Source: Haliotis rubra
Lineage: Eukaryota
DNA: 64,000 nucleotides
Reading direction: 5' to 3'
Assembly: GCF_003918875.1 (NCBI RefSeq)
Contig: NW_025765214.1
Coordinates: 1,550,001 to 1,614,000 of the forward strand
Position numbers and translations under genes: made by a program. Shown in pieces: positions 1 to 29,464 of the stretch (positions within the stretch are counted from its first letter, which is position 1; each line of letters opens with the position of its first letter). The notes under the pieces were generated by a model, which saw only the letters and a program-made list of their open reading frames with translations, had not been told where the DNA came from and did no database searches.

Positions 1-166
1 TCGACAATATCGACAATATCTTCAACCCACACCACACACTGCCAAGAAGAGGAATGCGAGTGATCGTGCACGTAAACCTCTTGAGCAAAACATAATCACT
101 TTCACAAGAACATAATAAAACAGTATGCTGTAATCACTGACAGAGACAACAGCATACATTACTTAC

Positions 167-14677
<14,511 letters not shown>

Positions 14678-15504
14678 TTTTGGAATTGAAAAGGAGGCGC
14701 GGTAAAATGTCTAAAAATAGCACTACCCGGGTCTAGCTTTAAAAAGTTGACGTGGGAAAAAGAAAACGAACCAACACAAGTTAGTAGATGTTACTTTTTC
14801 AAACTGGCATATTTGCACACTACATACGATTTTAAAAATAGCAGACACGCTTATGGGGAAAGTAATTCACGATGAAAGGACAACAAGTAAGAGGGAACTC
14901 TTAAGATAAAAATCCATTGAGAAATAGCCTAAAAGGTGAAAACGTTCTTCCATTTGCTTAGTTACCCTTTGTTTACAATGGCTGTATGGCTCCGCGAGTT
15001 GTCATGGAAGTACAGCGAAGAGCAAGTGATAGAGTCACTTTAATGTACAAACAGCAATGTTTATTGTCAATAAACCTGGATTTCACGCACCTCACAATCA
15101 TAGCATATCTATATAAACATGCAAAGCGTATGTAGAGCGCTCCGAAAGGCTTGCATTAGACATGAGAGAAAAACAACAACAACTTATTTGTGGATAAGAA
15201 CTTTGTTCCAGTTTGATTCGATGTTTCGATAAAGATCCTTCTATCGTTATGAAGCATGAGAGCACGTGATGATGAACTGGAGATTTTACGGACGCTTTCA
15301 GACGCGATGGGTTCGCACTCGGAGGGTTCCGCCGTACGGCGAATACTTTTATACATCCAGTAGGGATTATTGTTTGACGCCGCACTCAGCAACCAACATA
15401 AGGTCTGCCTGACAGGGATTAACAACAATAATGGATAACAACTGAAGGAAGCTATAACTGTTCTTGAAGGGGGGCTCTGTGTGCAGACTGACAAGATTAA
15501 TTAG

Positions 15505-15846
15505 AGGTGAGGTGAAATTGGGTTTTACGTCGTGCTTGAGAATATTTCGCTCATATGACGACGTGGATGCATGTGTATGTGTATGTGCGGCTGCTTGTAC
15601 TAGCCCAGACTTAAGCTGGTTTTATAGTCCTAGCCCACAAAGATGCCGCAGTGAAGCACGAATACCCCACTCAGGCACATTATACTGACTTCGAGCCGAC
15701 CAGTCCTTGTTATTAATGCCGGGCGCCAGGCAGGGAACAACAAGTACCATATTTTAACGTATTTTTGGTATGACGCGGTCGGGGATCGAACCTGCGACTT
15801 CCGCTCTCCGGGCGGACGCTCTAACCACTACACCACGGAGGTGGTC
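15505..15846 (-). mobile_element. tRNA-derived SINE, family B
   Basis: Homologous copy with TSD AGATTAATTAGA. Confidence 0.9.
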
Positions 15847-16946
15847 AGATTAATTAGAACTGATAGCTGGAGTGTCGCGCTGTTTGATCAATTCACTATA
15901 GCTGTAGGCCGATGGGGTGAGGTTAATCTGTCACACAGATCCTGAAACACATATTCCCAGTGCAGCCCATGCAAGTCTATAACGTGTGGCAGGTCTAGAT
16001 TACCAGAGTTTCAGAAAATGAAGAAAGTCTCTGGGCTCCTTTTAATTTTATTTTATTTTAATTTAAAAACCTTTATCTGTAAAATATGTTCATTTCAGAG
16101 ACTAGATGTTAGTCTAGGGTGAGATATCCTTGGTGTATTTTCATAGACAGATATGTAGTGCTTCTGCCAATTTTCTTTGGGCCACGTCATGGAGATAGTT
16201 TAGTGTGGTAGTCTTTTGTATTGTCTCATATATGATACATACCTGCCAACTCTTACGCATTTGGCCTGAGACTCACGCATTTATTACACATGTCACGCTC
16301 TCACGACAAAACTGATAAATCTCACACCAAACTGTTCATGCGAAAAATAAAGATCCGTTAAAAGTCACACCAATAGGTGTGAATACATCGTTTTAGGAGA
16401 CTTTTCTAAGAAGGAATTTGCAATTGTGCGTTGGCTTCAAGGGGACTTCGGGACCCGGCCGGGGGCTGTCGGCATTTGGACCCCGGTGTCTCAAGCGTTT
16501 TTCTCTCTTTGGGTCGGATGCTCTGCACATGTTGAACTTGAGTATAATATTGTGGTAGACTGTATGTGTTCTTTTGTTCTGCTGGTAAAGGAAAGTAAGT
16601 CAATGACTCTTTATCATTCTGCAACAAGACCAAGATCTAACTTTGCTCAAGCAACACTTCAACCAATAGGAGCGATGGGGGTAGTCTTGTCGTTAAAGCG
16701 TTTGATCGTTACACCGCTGAATGGGTTCTATTCCCTGACATGGGTACAATGTGTGAAGCCCATATCTGGTATCCCCGCCGTGATATCGCTGGAATATTGC
16801 TATAAGTGGCGTAAAACCATACACTCCTGTCCAGTTCACCGTTGGAACAGAGGAGAATGGCCAAATTTCAATCCCAGTTTTCTGCTGATCGGGATTGATT
16901 TCATAATTTATAGAGGGCGAACTCTGAGGGTGCTGACTTGAATATA

Positions 16947-16988
16947 GGTAGCAGTAGCAGCAGTAGCAGTAGCAGTAGCAGTAGCAGT

Positions 16989-17026
<38 letters not shown>

Positions 17027-17027
17027 T
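16947..17027. repeat. Compound (GTAGCA)n/(GCA)n/(GTA)n microsatellite
   Basis: Directly visible. Confidence 0.95.
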
Positions 17028-17372
17028 AAAATGTTTATTAAAGTGTAACACGTGATACAATTCAATGTAAGATAAAAAGTGATCCAGAGACATTCTTTCT
17101 TTCAGAAACTGAAACTGCAGGAATCAGGACTTGCGACATGTTATAGACTTCCATGGGCTGTCATATCGATGCTTATGCTGTTGATCACTGGATTGTCTGG
17201 ACCAGACTCGATTATTTACAGACCGCCATATAGCTGGAATATTGCCGAGTGCGGCGTAAAACTCGCTCGCTCTCACTCACTCACTCACTCCATGGGCTGT
17301 ATTGGACATATTGGTTTCGTGGTATGTTTGACAGACTGTCACCAAGCCCACATATCATATATTATTTAAACA

Positions 17373-17729
17373 GACCGCCTCCGTGGTGTAGTAGTTAGAG
17401 CGTCCTCCCGGAGAGCGGAAGGTCGCAGGTTCGATCCCCGACCGCGTCATACCAAAAGACGTTAAAATATGGTACTTGTTGGTCCCTGCCTGGCGCTCGG
17501 CATTAATGGGTACAACAAGGACTGGTCGGCTCGGAGTCAGTATAATGTGTCTGAGTGGGGTATTCATGCTTCACTGCGGCATGGTATCTCAGTGGGCTAG
17601 GACTATAAAACCGGCTTTATTCTGGGCTAGTACAAGCAGCCGCACATACACATACACACGCATGCACGTCGTCATATGAGCGAAATATTCTCAAGCACGA
17701 CGTTAAACCGAATTTCACCTCACCTCGCC
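17373..17729 (+). mobile_element. tRNA-derived SINE, family B
   Basis: Homologous copy with TSD TATTATTTAAACA. Confidence 0.9.
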
Positions 17730-18354
17730 TATTATTTAAACAGGCGCATATCATTTCCGGGGCTTAAACTCATAACGTGGTCCATATTATGTCACAATAC
17801 ATTGTACACAAGTCAGTATTCAGGAATTTATGTAACATCTGTTGCTGTTTATTTCATAGGCAACACGTTGGAATATGGTTGACATGACGAAATGGTTAAT
17901 ATGAACATCGTGTTCTTCATAATACGTATATCATATTATGTGTGTCACTTCTAAATACCATTCAAAGAGTTTAATGTTTAAAAAACCTCTTACAACATGA
18001 TTTTAAATTACTGAAATAATTTCTATCAGTGTTATATTTACTTGATATTATGGTTTTGTAGTTAAACAAAGGTTTTCAAAAACAAATTGCGTATACCTGA
18101 CTATTTTGTAACTCGTCCTGTTCTTAACATTCAGATTATTTCATGTCTTACTCCTATTTAAACTGTCTAAATCACATTCTTGATAATTTCATAGAAACGT
18201 GAAAAATAATACGTGTTCGAAAATGGTCCTCCTGGCTAATTTTACGAGAGGGCATAAAATATATGGTCTCTCTATTTTACTGCCAATATTTCCACGTTTA
18301 AGGAATGTAGCTATTTCGTGTTACGATCCATACTTTTCATCAAACCACATCAAC

Positions 18355-21300
18355 ATGGGAGACCATGTGGGTTTGGTGTTTATGCCAGGGGATCAGTTAA
18401 CGAATTTAAAGTATTCAGAGACATCCGGCAAGTGTAATCTTGGTCCAGGATTAAGATTAGACGAAGAAAATGTTTACGTCACGAAACCTGGAATTCTCAG
18501 ATACAGGGAACCACATTTGTACTGGATAGACTGCCATCAGAAGAGGGTAAAGATTCAAATAGAACTTTTCCTATCTACAACTAATGTTGTACATGTAGTC
18601 AGTGTTTCGAATTTCATTTAAGCTGTATAGTTGTGACGAATTGATATATTCATATCTCGTGGGATTCCTTAGGCTTAGCTTCAGCGATGTATTGGACCAT
18701 TTTTAATGTCATATATGTGCTTGCAACATTGCATCATGATGTATTCACCTTTCAACATGCCTTCAGACTTTATTCGTCAGGCGTGTTTGGAATGTTACCC
18801 TGGTTAGGTGGCACAGACCTTACCTAACGCTTAATCTCTGAATATACTGTATATAATTTTGTTAGTAACAAATAAACCCATTTAAATTGAAAAGGAGCCC
18901 TAGTGAGATGGGAGATTCCTGAACCTGAGGAAATCTAGACATGCTTCATTTAGGGCTTTAGCATTGAAGGGAGGGCTAATGAGTCAGTGTAGGAAAGATA
19001 GCCCGTCCCAACGTCCGAGACGGGTGAATTTTGTGGAGGACGGGTTAAAAAAATATCTAGTCCGTCCTCATGTCGGGTCAATTTTAGCAAACCAATGACA
19101 TATATATAATGATTATAACCTTTTTGAATATTTACTGCCGAAGGTGTTTTATTTATATTTGGAGGACAGGCTAGATTTTGGCAGGACTGGTAAAAAATTT
19201 GACCTGCCAGTCCTGTGGACAGGCTAGATTTTCTACATCTTTTCTACACTGAATGAGTAGGGGAAATAATGTGGTTCGGGAACTGTGAGACAGACCTTAC
19301 CTCGTGTGAAGAACGTTGCATATTCTGTGTGTGTATTGTGTATAATTACTTAGGGGTGGGTATTGCAGAGAATCTTCATATTGCGATATATTGCGATGCA
19401 GAAGCATATATTGCGATATGTATTGCAATATATTGCAAGGATTATTTTTTTAACAAAAACTACTTATAATCGAGTTAATGCTTGATTATAAAGCAAAACA
19501 CAACAAAATCACTATGATTGATTAACCTTTTATAAAAAGTTTTAATCATGACAAAATAAAAATGTAAGTAACATTTGGCACTAATGAAACAGGGAAAAGA
19601 ACAATTAAAAAACGGAAATATCCGAAGATTTCTGAGTGTTACGAAGTTTTTCGAATGCATGTCAAGATACCGGTTTTCGATCAGCGTATCGCAATACGTA
19701 TCGTTTTCATGTCTGCACCGGTAAATACGGTAAACCGGTTATATTACGCAGCCCTATAATTACTCCAATATTACACAATATAGGAACATGAATATACACT
19801 AGCTTTCCTAGATATTGGGTGGTAACGTTCCCCCTCTTTTTCAAATAAATATATTGTTAAAGAGTCACTACTGTAGCATGGAGATAGAGGTTAATGGACA
19901 AGTTCAAGAAGGTCAAATGCTTCAAGAATCACGCCAGGATTGTTGAATGTTTGATAGGTATATGTTTGCCAAATAAGGCAACCCCTTTATGTACTGTGAT
20001 GATTTTAATATTAAATTATATATATATGAGTCTGAGAAAACACAAGGTAGAGAAATAGGAAACATTTGTAGATGATATTGCAACTTTGTCAGTTTGATAA
20101 CAAATGACGTTGCATTCTCTGGTTGCAGTATGTTGCAGTGAAGGGAGACTCAGTCCTGGGTGTGGTGACGGCCAAAGCTGGAGACATCTTCCGTGTTGAC
20201 ATTGGCAGCAGTGAGCTTGCTTCTCTGTCATACCTCTCATTTGAATTGGCAACCAAGAGAAACAGACCAGATGTTAAGGTAGCCATCTTGGAATATTGGC
20301 GGTATACTCAGTATTTTATATTTTTGAAGAAAAAGGCTGTATCATCTGTGTTCCTCAATGTCAAGGGTTCATGACCAGCATCTAAATAATCTCTGTTTTA
20401 CTGTACGAGTTTCGAACGTAAGGCATTTGCATTAGTGATAGACATAAACATATGACACTCCGAGTGAATAGATAGGAGAAATATGTGATGGTTGTGAATA
20501 TGAGGGGGGCACAGGTTGCTCAGCTCAGTTTTGTTTGATCGGCTGGTATAAATCCCAGATATACAATGTATTGATCATTGTTTTATCATCAGTTTTAACT
20601 GTGACACGGTAGTGATAAACGTCAAACAACTGCATCACTTTATTCTCTCCTTTGACATTAAGATGTCATGCCATGATATCACTAAAACTCAGGCTAAAGT
20701 GGAGTGAATTTGAATATAATTTAAAAAGAGAATTTTTTTAGTATAACATGAAGAAATATGCAATTGATATTATGTAAAAAGAAATATTGAACAGAAGTCT
20801 TCAAGAAGAGGGCACATTATTCTATTTCTTTCATTGGTACATTGGGTAATACAGGGTGTTTGTAATGTATTTTCCTGGCCTTTGCCCCTCAAAATCAAAT
20901 AGCAGCAGCAAATGGTGAAGAGAAGGAACTGAGGACATCATACACATCATTCTAATGTGCAGAATGGCTCATGGTCCCTGCCTTTCCCAGTCCCTGAAAC
21001 CAGATTGTTAATTGGTCAAGTGAAATTAATATTTTGGTCAAGCAGATTAAAAAACATTTAACCCCTGCTTTTTCACAGCTTTTGTCAGTGGATTATCTTG
21101 TCTAGATTCGGTCATATACCGACGACCTTCATCGAGCTGAAATATTGCTGTGAGCAGCATTAAGCAAGAAGGAGGGAGTGAGTGGGTTGGATTCAGGTCG
21201 CTTTTAGCAATTGAGAGGTCACCATAAATGGGCTTCATCCAAGCGAGGAATCGAATCTTGGGTTTTTGGCGTGCCGAGCAAATGATTTAACCACTAGGCT

Positions 21301-22866
21301 ACCTGACCTCCCCCACACCACACCCATATGGATGTAAAGACACTGAACGTACTGTTCCAGGTGGGTGACATTGTCTACTGCCGTCTGCTGGTAGCAAACA
21401 AGGATATGGAGCCAGAGGTGGTCTGTATCGACAGCCATGGGCGCAGCAGTGGTATGGGCGTCATCCGCAACGAGGGCTTCATGTTTACATGTTCTCTCAA
21501 CTTAGTCAGAAAGTGAGTTAAACAAACTTGGTGTTGCGTGTAGTTGTTTGTTATGAAAGGCAAGGAAATGAGTGAAAACCACTTCTTTATTGCAATGAGT
21601 GTGATGTTTCGACATCAAAATGTCGCACTCATTGCAATAAAGAAGTTGACTATCCATAGAAATTGGTTTTCCTTCATATTTACAAATTCTAAAATGACTC
21701 TCAAAGAAGCTCTCAAACCTGAGGCTGAAATGAGTGTTGTAAACCAAAGAAGGCTGACAGTCCATGTGTGTTTTGGCTCTTCCTTCTCTGAAAAACTTTT
21801 AAAAATAATTCTCAAACATGAAGTCAGATTCTTTCACATTTTTAAATATAGCTGATCAGTCATGGACATCATGGTCATTTGTGAAATATGTTCTGTAGCG
21901 TTTTTGAGTAGTAATAGTAAAAAAATCAAATTGTTTAAAATGTTTGCTTGTATCAGAACCCACTAAAGATTTGAAAAGGATATATGGCATCAGAGTGACA
22001 TAGCATTAACCAAAATGTGGGTGTTTCTATTTGGAATGAAAAATAAGCACACATATTATTTATAAATCTACCCAGGTGCCTGCACAGATGTATTAGAGAG
22101 AGTTGTAAGAGATTGGTACTATGAAGTCATATCACAACATATGATACCAAATAACTGCTTGCCAATGAACATGGATGTTTCACGGGTAAATGGGGTGTAC
22201 AGAGTTCTGTCCCCTGTGTGTCAGGAACTTGTAATGGATGGTTTAAATCCCAGATTTAATTTGATTTATTTTAGGAGGGTTTCACTAAAACGGTAAATGT
22301 CGAAGAGCTGAATCACTTTCACACTTTTGACTTTCCTCCCGTATCAAGAAGAATTCCCTAAGTGTAACTGAAATATTGTTTCAAATGGCATTAAGCCATA
22401 CTCTCTTAAACCAGATCTGGGTTAGAATTGATCTTCAGTAACCCATGCTTGTTGTAAGAGGCGACTAACGGGATCGGGTGATCAGGCTTGTTGACTTGGT
22501 CTAACACATGTGATCATATCCCAATAACATAGATCGATACTCATGGGGAAAGTGTTGGTCAGTGCTCTTAATTTTGTGTCACAACTGTCAAGGCAAAGGT
22601 TTTGTTGATACTTTACAATGCAATCCATGCTCTCTCCCTTTTGTTTCCACAGGGTTCTCAATCCACAATGTGCTCTCTCAAAGATCCTAGGCAAACACCT
22701 GCCTTATGAAATGACTGTTGGCATGAACGGCCGTATCTGGGTTCGAGGACGTTCCACCAATCAAACAATAGCCATCTCTAATGCAATATCAGTGGCGGAA
22801 CACATGACAGACCCACAGATAAAAGCAATGGTGAAAAGACTGGCTGATGCCATAGCTGGAATTTAA
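18355..22866 (+). CDS. EXOSC3: Exosome complex component RRP40 (EXOSC3); 4 exons
   Basis: Exons 18355-18546 (..[20 protein letters not shown]), 20129-20278 ([26 protein letters not shown]), 21361-21512 ([14 protein letters not shown]), 22653-22866 (..[12 protein letters not shown]). Phases are consistent and the S1/KH motifs match Rrp40. Confidence 0.95.
19351..19756. mobile_element. hAT-like MITE
   Basis: TAGGG..CCCTA ends, 8-bp TSD TAATTACT and subterminal TATTGCGATA motifs. Confidence 0.8.
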
Positions 22867-22902
22867 CTACAGTTTCCACTATCTTGTATTTCTGATTGTG
22901 TC

Positions 22903-23048
22903 GGGAGCGGTGGGGTAGCCTAGTGGTTAAAGCGTTGGCTCGTCACGCTGAAACTGGGTTTGATTCCCTACATGGGTACAATGTTTGAAGCCCATTTCTG
23001 GTGTCCCCCTCCGTTATTTTGCTGGAATATTGCTAAAAGCGACTCACT
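22903..23048 (+). mobile_element. SINE family A in the presumed EXOSC3 3' UTR
   Basis: Begins about 36 nt after the stop codon, with TSD TCTGATTGTGTC. Confidence 0.88.
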
Positions 23049-23818
23049 CTGATTGTGTCACAAAGTGTCAAGTGCTATGATGGTTTCATTGTGACGTGCT
23101 GTCATAAGTAAAGAAGATACATTGTGACACTGGTTGTCATGGAGACTGCATGACGTGTTCAGGTTCTATTCAAGAACTGAACAAAATGTCATGGAACTGC
23201 TCTGGTGAAGGGCATGCCTGTGACAGTGTCATATTAATTATACTGATGAAAGCAAGTAGGGGAACACATACAAGTACACGTGTCCCTGTATTCTTTTCCA
23301 GGGTTCTTTGCATGTATTGTACTGTGGGTGAAAATCTGGGAATAAATAAAGGAAGTCATGTGTTCATCTGAATATTTTGAAGTTCAGGGTACTCAAAGTC
23401 TATGGTTGGTTGGTGTCCCAGAAAAGAGTGAAAATTGAACACAGTACTGTCCAACAAACAACACAAGATTCACATGCTACTAAGGTCAAATACAAAATGT
23501 TGTGGTTACGATTACACCTCTTTAAAATTTAGGGAAGGTAAGTAGGATTTTTAAATTCTTTTTACATTTTTTTTTTAGAAGTAAAGTACAAACTATTATC
23601 TTACCTTTATGTAAAATACTTTAACTTCATTGGTCAATGAGGCTTTAACAAGTTTCCAGGAGGGTGACAACTGGAAAAAATATTACCCGCTGCCACGGTA
23701 ACCGCCAAACTCTCTGCTGAGAAGCTGTATTGCTAACAATGGTATGACGTCATAATATGACGCATGCAGTGCCCGGAGTTCGAAAACCGTTTGATTAGCT
23801 GTTCACTATGTTCACATT

Positions 23819-24678
23819 TATTATCCCCCCGCCACGCATTTAGCACGAAGCGGTGGGATATAGTATTAGGCTCCGAATTGGAATATCTTAAGAACCGTTG
23901 ACTGGATTCTTTTCATATTTGGTACCTAGGTTCATCACAGTAAAAGAAAGTCCCAGTCAGGTTTGGTGACCTTGACCTTCATTTCAAGGTCACAAGGGGA
24001 CTTTAACGTTTTACCCTTGTCAGCGAGATATCTCAAGAACTGTTCACTGGATTTTCTTCATATTCAACACCAAGCTTTATCTAGGGAAGGCGCAGGGCCC
24101 AGTCTATTTTGGTGACCTTCACCTAATTTTCAAGGTCACGGCAACACTTTGAAGATTTCAGCATGTTAACCTGCATGTAAAGATTGTCAGCGAGATATCT
24201 CAGGAACCATTCACTGGACTTTCTTCATATTTTACACCAAGCTTCATTTGGGGAAGGTGCAAGTGCCAGTCGATTTTGGTGACCTTCACATAATTTTCAA
24301 GGTCACGGCGACACTTTGAAGACTTCAGCATGTTAAACTGCATGTTAAGATTGTCAGCGAGATATCTCAAGAACAGTTCACTGGATTTTCTTCATAGACT
24401 TTCAAGACTTCCCTTGAATGTTTTCAATAAGCAATTTCTTTATTACTATTTTTGCATATTTCACACACTAAGACATTCATGTCAAGGTCAAAGTGAGTCT
24501 TGAAAATATTTGTGCGTTTGAACAACTACAGAGCAAGATATCAAGAGAGGTTGACTGGTCATGTTTTTGTTGACATTTAACTTCATCTTAAATTACAACC
24601 TTCACTTTCATTACTTTTTAAGTTTGATTTGATAATTTGTGGCGGGGGATTATGTCACCTTAGTGACAATGCTTGTTT
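23819..24678 (+). mobile_element. Helentron-associated non-autonomous element (HINE-like) with internal tandem repeats of about 120-130 bp
   Basis: Subterminal inverted repeats TTATCCCCCCGCC / GGCGGGGGATTA, 3' hairpin TGTCACCTTAGTGACA, T-rich ends and GACCTT/AAGGTCA motifs. A second, inverted copy lies at about 3340-4450. Confidence 0.75.
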
Positions 24679-24826
24679 TACCGACTTTCACTGCTTTATT
24701 TAAACTATTTTATACATTGAATCGTTTGCACACTCAACTTAAGCATAACTAACCATTTTTATAGCAGTTTTAAGCCTGTCAAAATATGTTTCACTGATTT
24801 CAAAAATCCAGTCGAGAGGCAGATGC

Positions 24827-25060
24827 CAGTGTATGAAATAAAGCCAGTCCGACCGCCCGAGATGGGCTAGATTTCTGACAGACTGTCTAAATTTACAGCT
24901 AGCCAGCCTGATGGTCTGGTAAATATTCTTAGATATTCCATACGTCTGAGTAAATTCACCACGTCTTGGTGTCTGGTCTGGTTAAATCCATTTTGACTGG
25001 TAACATTTTGAAGTTACCAGCCCTGATGTCTGGCTGGGTTTTGGCTTATTTCATACACTG
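24827..25060. mobile_element. hAT-like MITE; relatives at 18985-19251 and 26452-26851 (the latter with an internal duplication of about 158 bp)
   Basis: TIR CAGTGTATGAAATAAG / CTTATTTCATACACTG. Confidence 0.8.
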
Positions 25061-27864
25061 CAGACACCATTTTGTTTACATGTCATATAGTGTGTAGCGA
25101 TCTTCAAAACAAAATAAAATGATATTTTGTACATTTAACATGGTGGTAAGGTAAATACATTGTATGCTTCTCCCTCGGTTAATAAGGCCTGATGTACACC
25201 TCTTTGTAGCAGTGTTATCCCTCTCCTACCGGCTCGGGTAACAAAGAGGCGTACATCAGACAGTATTACCCTCGAGAGAAGCATACAACTTATAATAACA
25301 CATTTATCAATGTGTAAGGATGGGTCAGGTAATTGGAACCACAACATTTTTTTTAGGCCTAAGCAAATAATTATGATTAGACCTGGAGTTCACCAGCTGA
25401 AATGAATCAACAAAGGAATATGATTGTTTCAACTGGGCATATTACTAAAGATTTTTAAATGATAACCCATGGAAATTCATTTAACGATGTGGGTCTTTAT
25501 CATAAAAGCAGTATGCATTCCAAAACATGCATACAAAGTTTCTGTGTTTTGATGGGTACATTGCATATTGTCCATTTAATATTTTTGGAACATGGAATGC
25601 AGGATTTCACATGCAGTAAATCACTGTTATGTGTATGACTCCCTTAACTCTGGAGTAACCATAAGGTTACTGTATTGACTTGGCTGTTCACTAGGCCGAC
25701 ATATATTTCTGTGGGTCTTGATCAGAAACCATCTAATCTACATTGAAGTTACATTGAAAAGGCCCCATGGGATTTGGAGGTTAGAAATGGATCTGTGAAC
25801 CTGGCTAGGAGACTTTGTTGATTGCGTGTCATTGAAACTTGGTGTCATGGATCAAGGTTTGTATCATCAATCACAGGATGGCTGAAATATTGCCGATTGT
25901 GTGGTTGTCTACTTCCTGGTATGTTTGGTGTGCTGAAATGTCTTTTAGTATCAATATTTTAATAAACAAAAATGTAACATGACACAGTGACGAGACTTTT
26001 CAGTGAGTGAATTATGGGTGGTAAATTAAGTTTACCTGAAAGATTTATAGAATTGAAACATTATGAGAAATATGGAGGAAATACACATATTGTCAGAGTG
26101 AGTGCTCCCATTGAGTATTTGATGCCCAGAATTTTCATTTGGAACCAGTGATGTAGTCCATAGTGTTCATAATTTGTAGTTTCTGCATGTTGTAGATCAT
26201 AACAACAGGGAGACATGTCTGAGTCTGACATCATTCATGAATGCTGTGTCTCATGATGATGTCACCAGGTGTCGTGAGTTTCCATGACAACTAAACCAGC
26301 TTGGTCAGCAAATATATAAAGGGCATAGTCAAATAAATTGATCATAATATGACAAAGACTCCAATATTGTGCACAACATGTACTGTGTATGTGATGTCTC
26401 CCTGCTGAATGCATGTCTTATCAAACATGAGACATGATTCTTACCGAGAAGCAGTGTATGAAATAAGGCCCATCGACCGCCTGAGACAGGCTAGATTTCT
26501 AGCGGACGGTCTAAATTTACAGCTAGCCTGCCCGATGGTCTGGTTTGAGATGTTCCAGACATCTGCGTAAATTCACCATATCTTGGTGTCTGGTCTTCTT
26601 GCCGAGAAGCAGTGTATGAAATAAGGCCCATCCGACTGCCTGAGACAGGCTAGATTTCTAGCGGATGGTCTAAATTTACAGCTAGCCTGCCCAATGGTCT
26701 GGTTTGAGATGTTCCATACATCTGCGTAAATTCACCATATCTTGGTGTCTGGTCTGGTTAAATTCATTTGGGGCTGGTAATATTTTGAAGTTACCAGCCC
26801 TGATGACTGGTTGGGTTTTTGGCGTATATCATACACTTTATTTCATACACTGCGAGAAGATAATCATATCCAGCAGTAACTGTATAAGATTCCAAGGTTT
26901 GAATCCCATGTAATGTTTTCATCCATACAGATAGCAGCACATGCACATTCATTTTCCAAATACACACTGCATTGAGTACTGTGCTGGGTTGATTCCCTTC
27001 CAGAACTTGTGTTTGTGGGTTCGAACACCAGTTAGCCCAATTTCTAGATTTGTCAGACCATGGCCATTCTCATGGGTTTCACTGAAGTGGTCCAAGACCC
27101 GCATCACTTTGGGGATCTTCTCCCACAATAAGCTGATATACCCGTGAGTGAATTGGGTTTTACACCGCTTTTAGCAATATTCCAACAATATCGGCGAGGG
27201 ACACCAGAAATGGGCTTCACACATTGTACCCATGTTGAGAATCGAACCCAGGTCTTTGGTGTGACAAGCGAACGCTTTAACCAACCGCCCCACATGCCTG
27301 TGATATAACTGGAATACTGTTGAAAAACAAAGATAAACCCACCTCACTCAACCCGCTTTATGTTGAGACATGAAAGTAATAATTATTTGCAGTCAAATAT
27401 GCTCTGAACTGGTGAGACTAAGCAGTGCAACCTTGACATGCCTTGATGCTCTGTCTTGACACGTCCAGCTTGATCCAGCGAGTGTCTACAAGCATTGCGT
27501 GTTTCACTGTAAATCATTCACAGAACTGCCAATGTCAGTATTTTACATATATTTCAAAATCATTTCTCGGCAAACACATACAAAATATTTGCTAACTGAT
27601 ACACAGTACACACCAAGCCCTTACAGATGAGTCTCAAATAAATACAAAAATTATAGTTTCAACTTGAGAATATGTACAATCAGCGGAGTCCACCATTTGC
27701 TAATTGATAGGTCAAACATACACCTTGTAAATCAACACAGTTGTCATCTGGAAGCAGAATGTTCATAGTTCCTTTTCATAGACTCTTAGCAGTAATGTTT
27801 TATTCAAAACAATTCTACATGTTTAATATCATTATGCACATGATAAAATAAACTCATCAGATAT

Positions 27865-28159
27865 TAGAGGTGTGACAATACAGAAATTTCACGATATACG
27901 ATACGTATCGCAATATCATTAAACGATACGATTCGATACGATGCATATCACGATATGCTATCTTCAGTTATTTTCTTTTAAAAAGTGTATTTTGATAACA
28001 AGAAACTGTAAATTTTGACATAACCGTCAATTTCTGGTGAAATTTCACAATTTTAAGGTCAACGACACATATCATGATAAGGAAGAAAGTATCGATATAT
28101 ATTTATTGTCAGAAAAAGTATCACGATTATCGATACTACGATATAGCGTCACAGTTCTA
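27865..28159. mobile_element. hAT-like MITE
   Basis: TAGAGGTGTGAC..GTCACAGTTCTA ends, 8-bp TSD TCAGATAT and CGATA motifs. Confidence 0.8.
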
Positions 28160-29464
28160 TCAGATATCTTGGATAATTGTCTAGTATTGTCTACATCACA
28201 TTCAGCTTCATTCAATCACACATACACCTCGTAACCATACTGACTAAAATGAAACCGGTAGTTTCAATATATGAAACTTTGTACTATCACACACACACAC
28301 AGATTATTCTCAGCCTCAAGGTTGTCAGGTTTTACACACCCTTAACATAATTAACAAAAAAAATGCAAATTGTCTCAAAATTTGAAAATTCAATATTTGT
28401 ATGTGATCTGATGGACGTTTCCAGAAGAAGACAAATTCTACATATATAATCATGAAAATAATGTTTCTGGGGTAGCGTTTCCCCAGTTACACAAATGTAC
28501 AGAGCCTCTATAAGTGTGATGTCAGTAACCCTACTTTCTGTACCAACATGTAACCCCTACTTTCTGTACCAACATGCAGCCTTATAAGTGTGATGTCAGT
28601 AACCCTACTTTCTGTACCAACATGCCAACTCATACTTCACACTTTGCACAGCTTCTGCATTCAGAAAACACAAATGCATGTTCCATATTTACAAAAAAAG
28701 AAATAATTTACTATGTGTTCATCAGAAAATTCTTGCCCACACCTGAACTAACTCACGCCATCACAATCATTCTGGCTACTCTTTAAGCCATGTTTGTGGG
28801 CAACTGTGGAAGGAACATTCAGATTAGATATAAATGCATACTCTGATTTGTCATAACTATCTTAACATCAAATTCCTTAACAAATGTTTTGCTAGCTTTG
28901 GCATATATATGGTTGAACAAGTTATCATAACAAAACAAAGAACAGCCTTCAAAATTCATACCAGTTTGAAACTAATTAACAGTACTGAGGTCAAGCATAA
29001 ATCCAATGACTGTACTTTTTGATAGTCTACAATGACTAGAAACATTTGAGAGCTTTAATTCGAAGCTATTCTCAATGCTTCAGTTTTGCAATATGTAAGA
29101 ACTGGATAAAACTGACAGAAACTGTATACATAGTAAACACTTGGTCTGGATCAAGTAGACCAGGCTAAAACCCTTGTCCGTCCACTGGCGTTGTCTAAAA
29201 CTGTCTAAAAACACTAATTTCAACAGCTGAAGTAATATCTCAACTACTAATATTTTGTTGCAGTTCACACAAGCTGACATATTTCCCCTTAAATACTGAA
29301 GTAATTACCCGGCATACAAAAGAATCACACCTAATATCACCCAGCTGAACAACTGTTTGAGAAAGACATTACAAAGGAATCCTCAAGCAGCTGACTTGAG
29401 TGCACAATGAGATCCCAGCCATATGAGAACACGGCCTCCTTCCTTCCACGACCCATCCTCGTCA

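Noticed and set aside
16426-16941. 171-aa ORF between CARM1 and EXOSC3
   Set aside because: It spans a SINE and has no recognisable domain.
17373-17445. tRNA gene
   Set aside because: The A/B boxes are SINE heads followed by a shared body, tail and TSD. No complete cloverleaf was identified.
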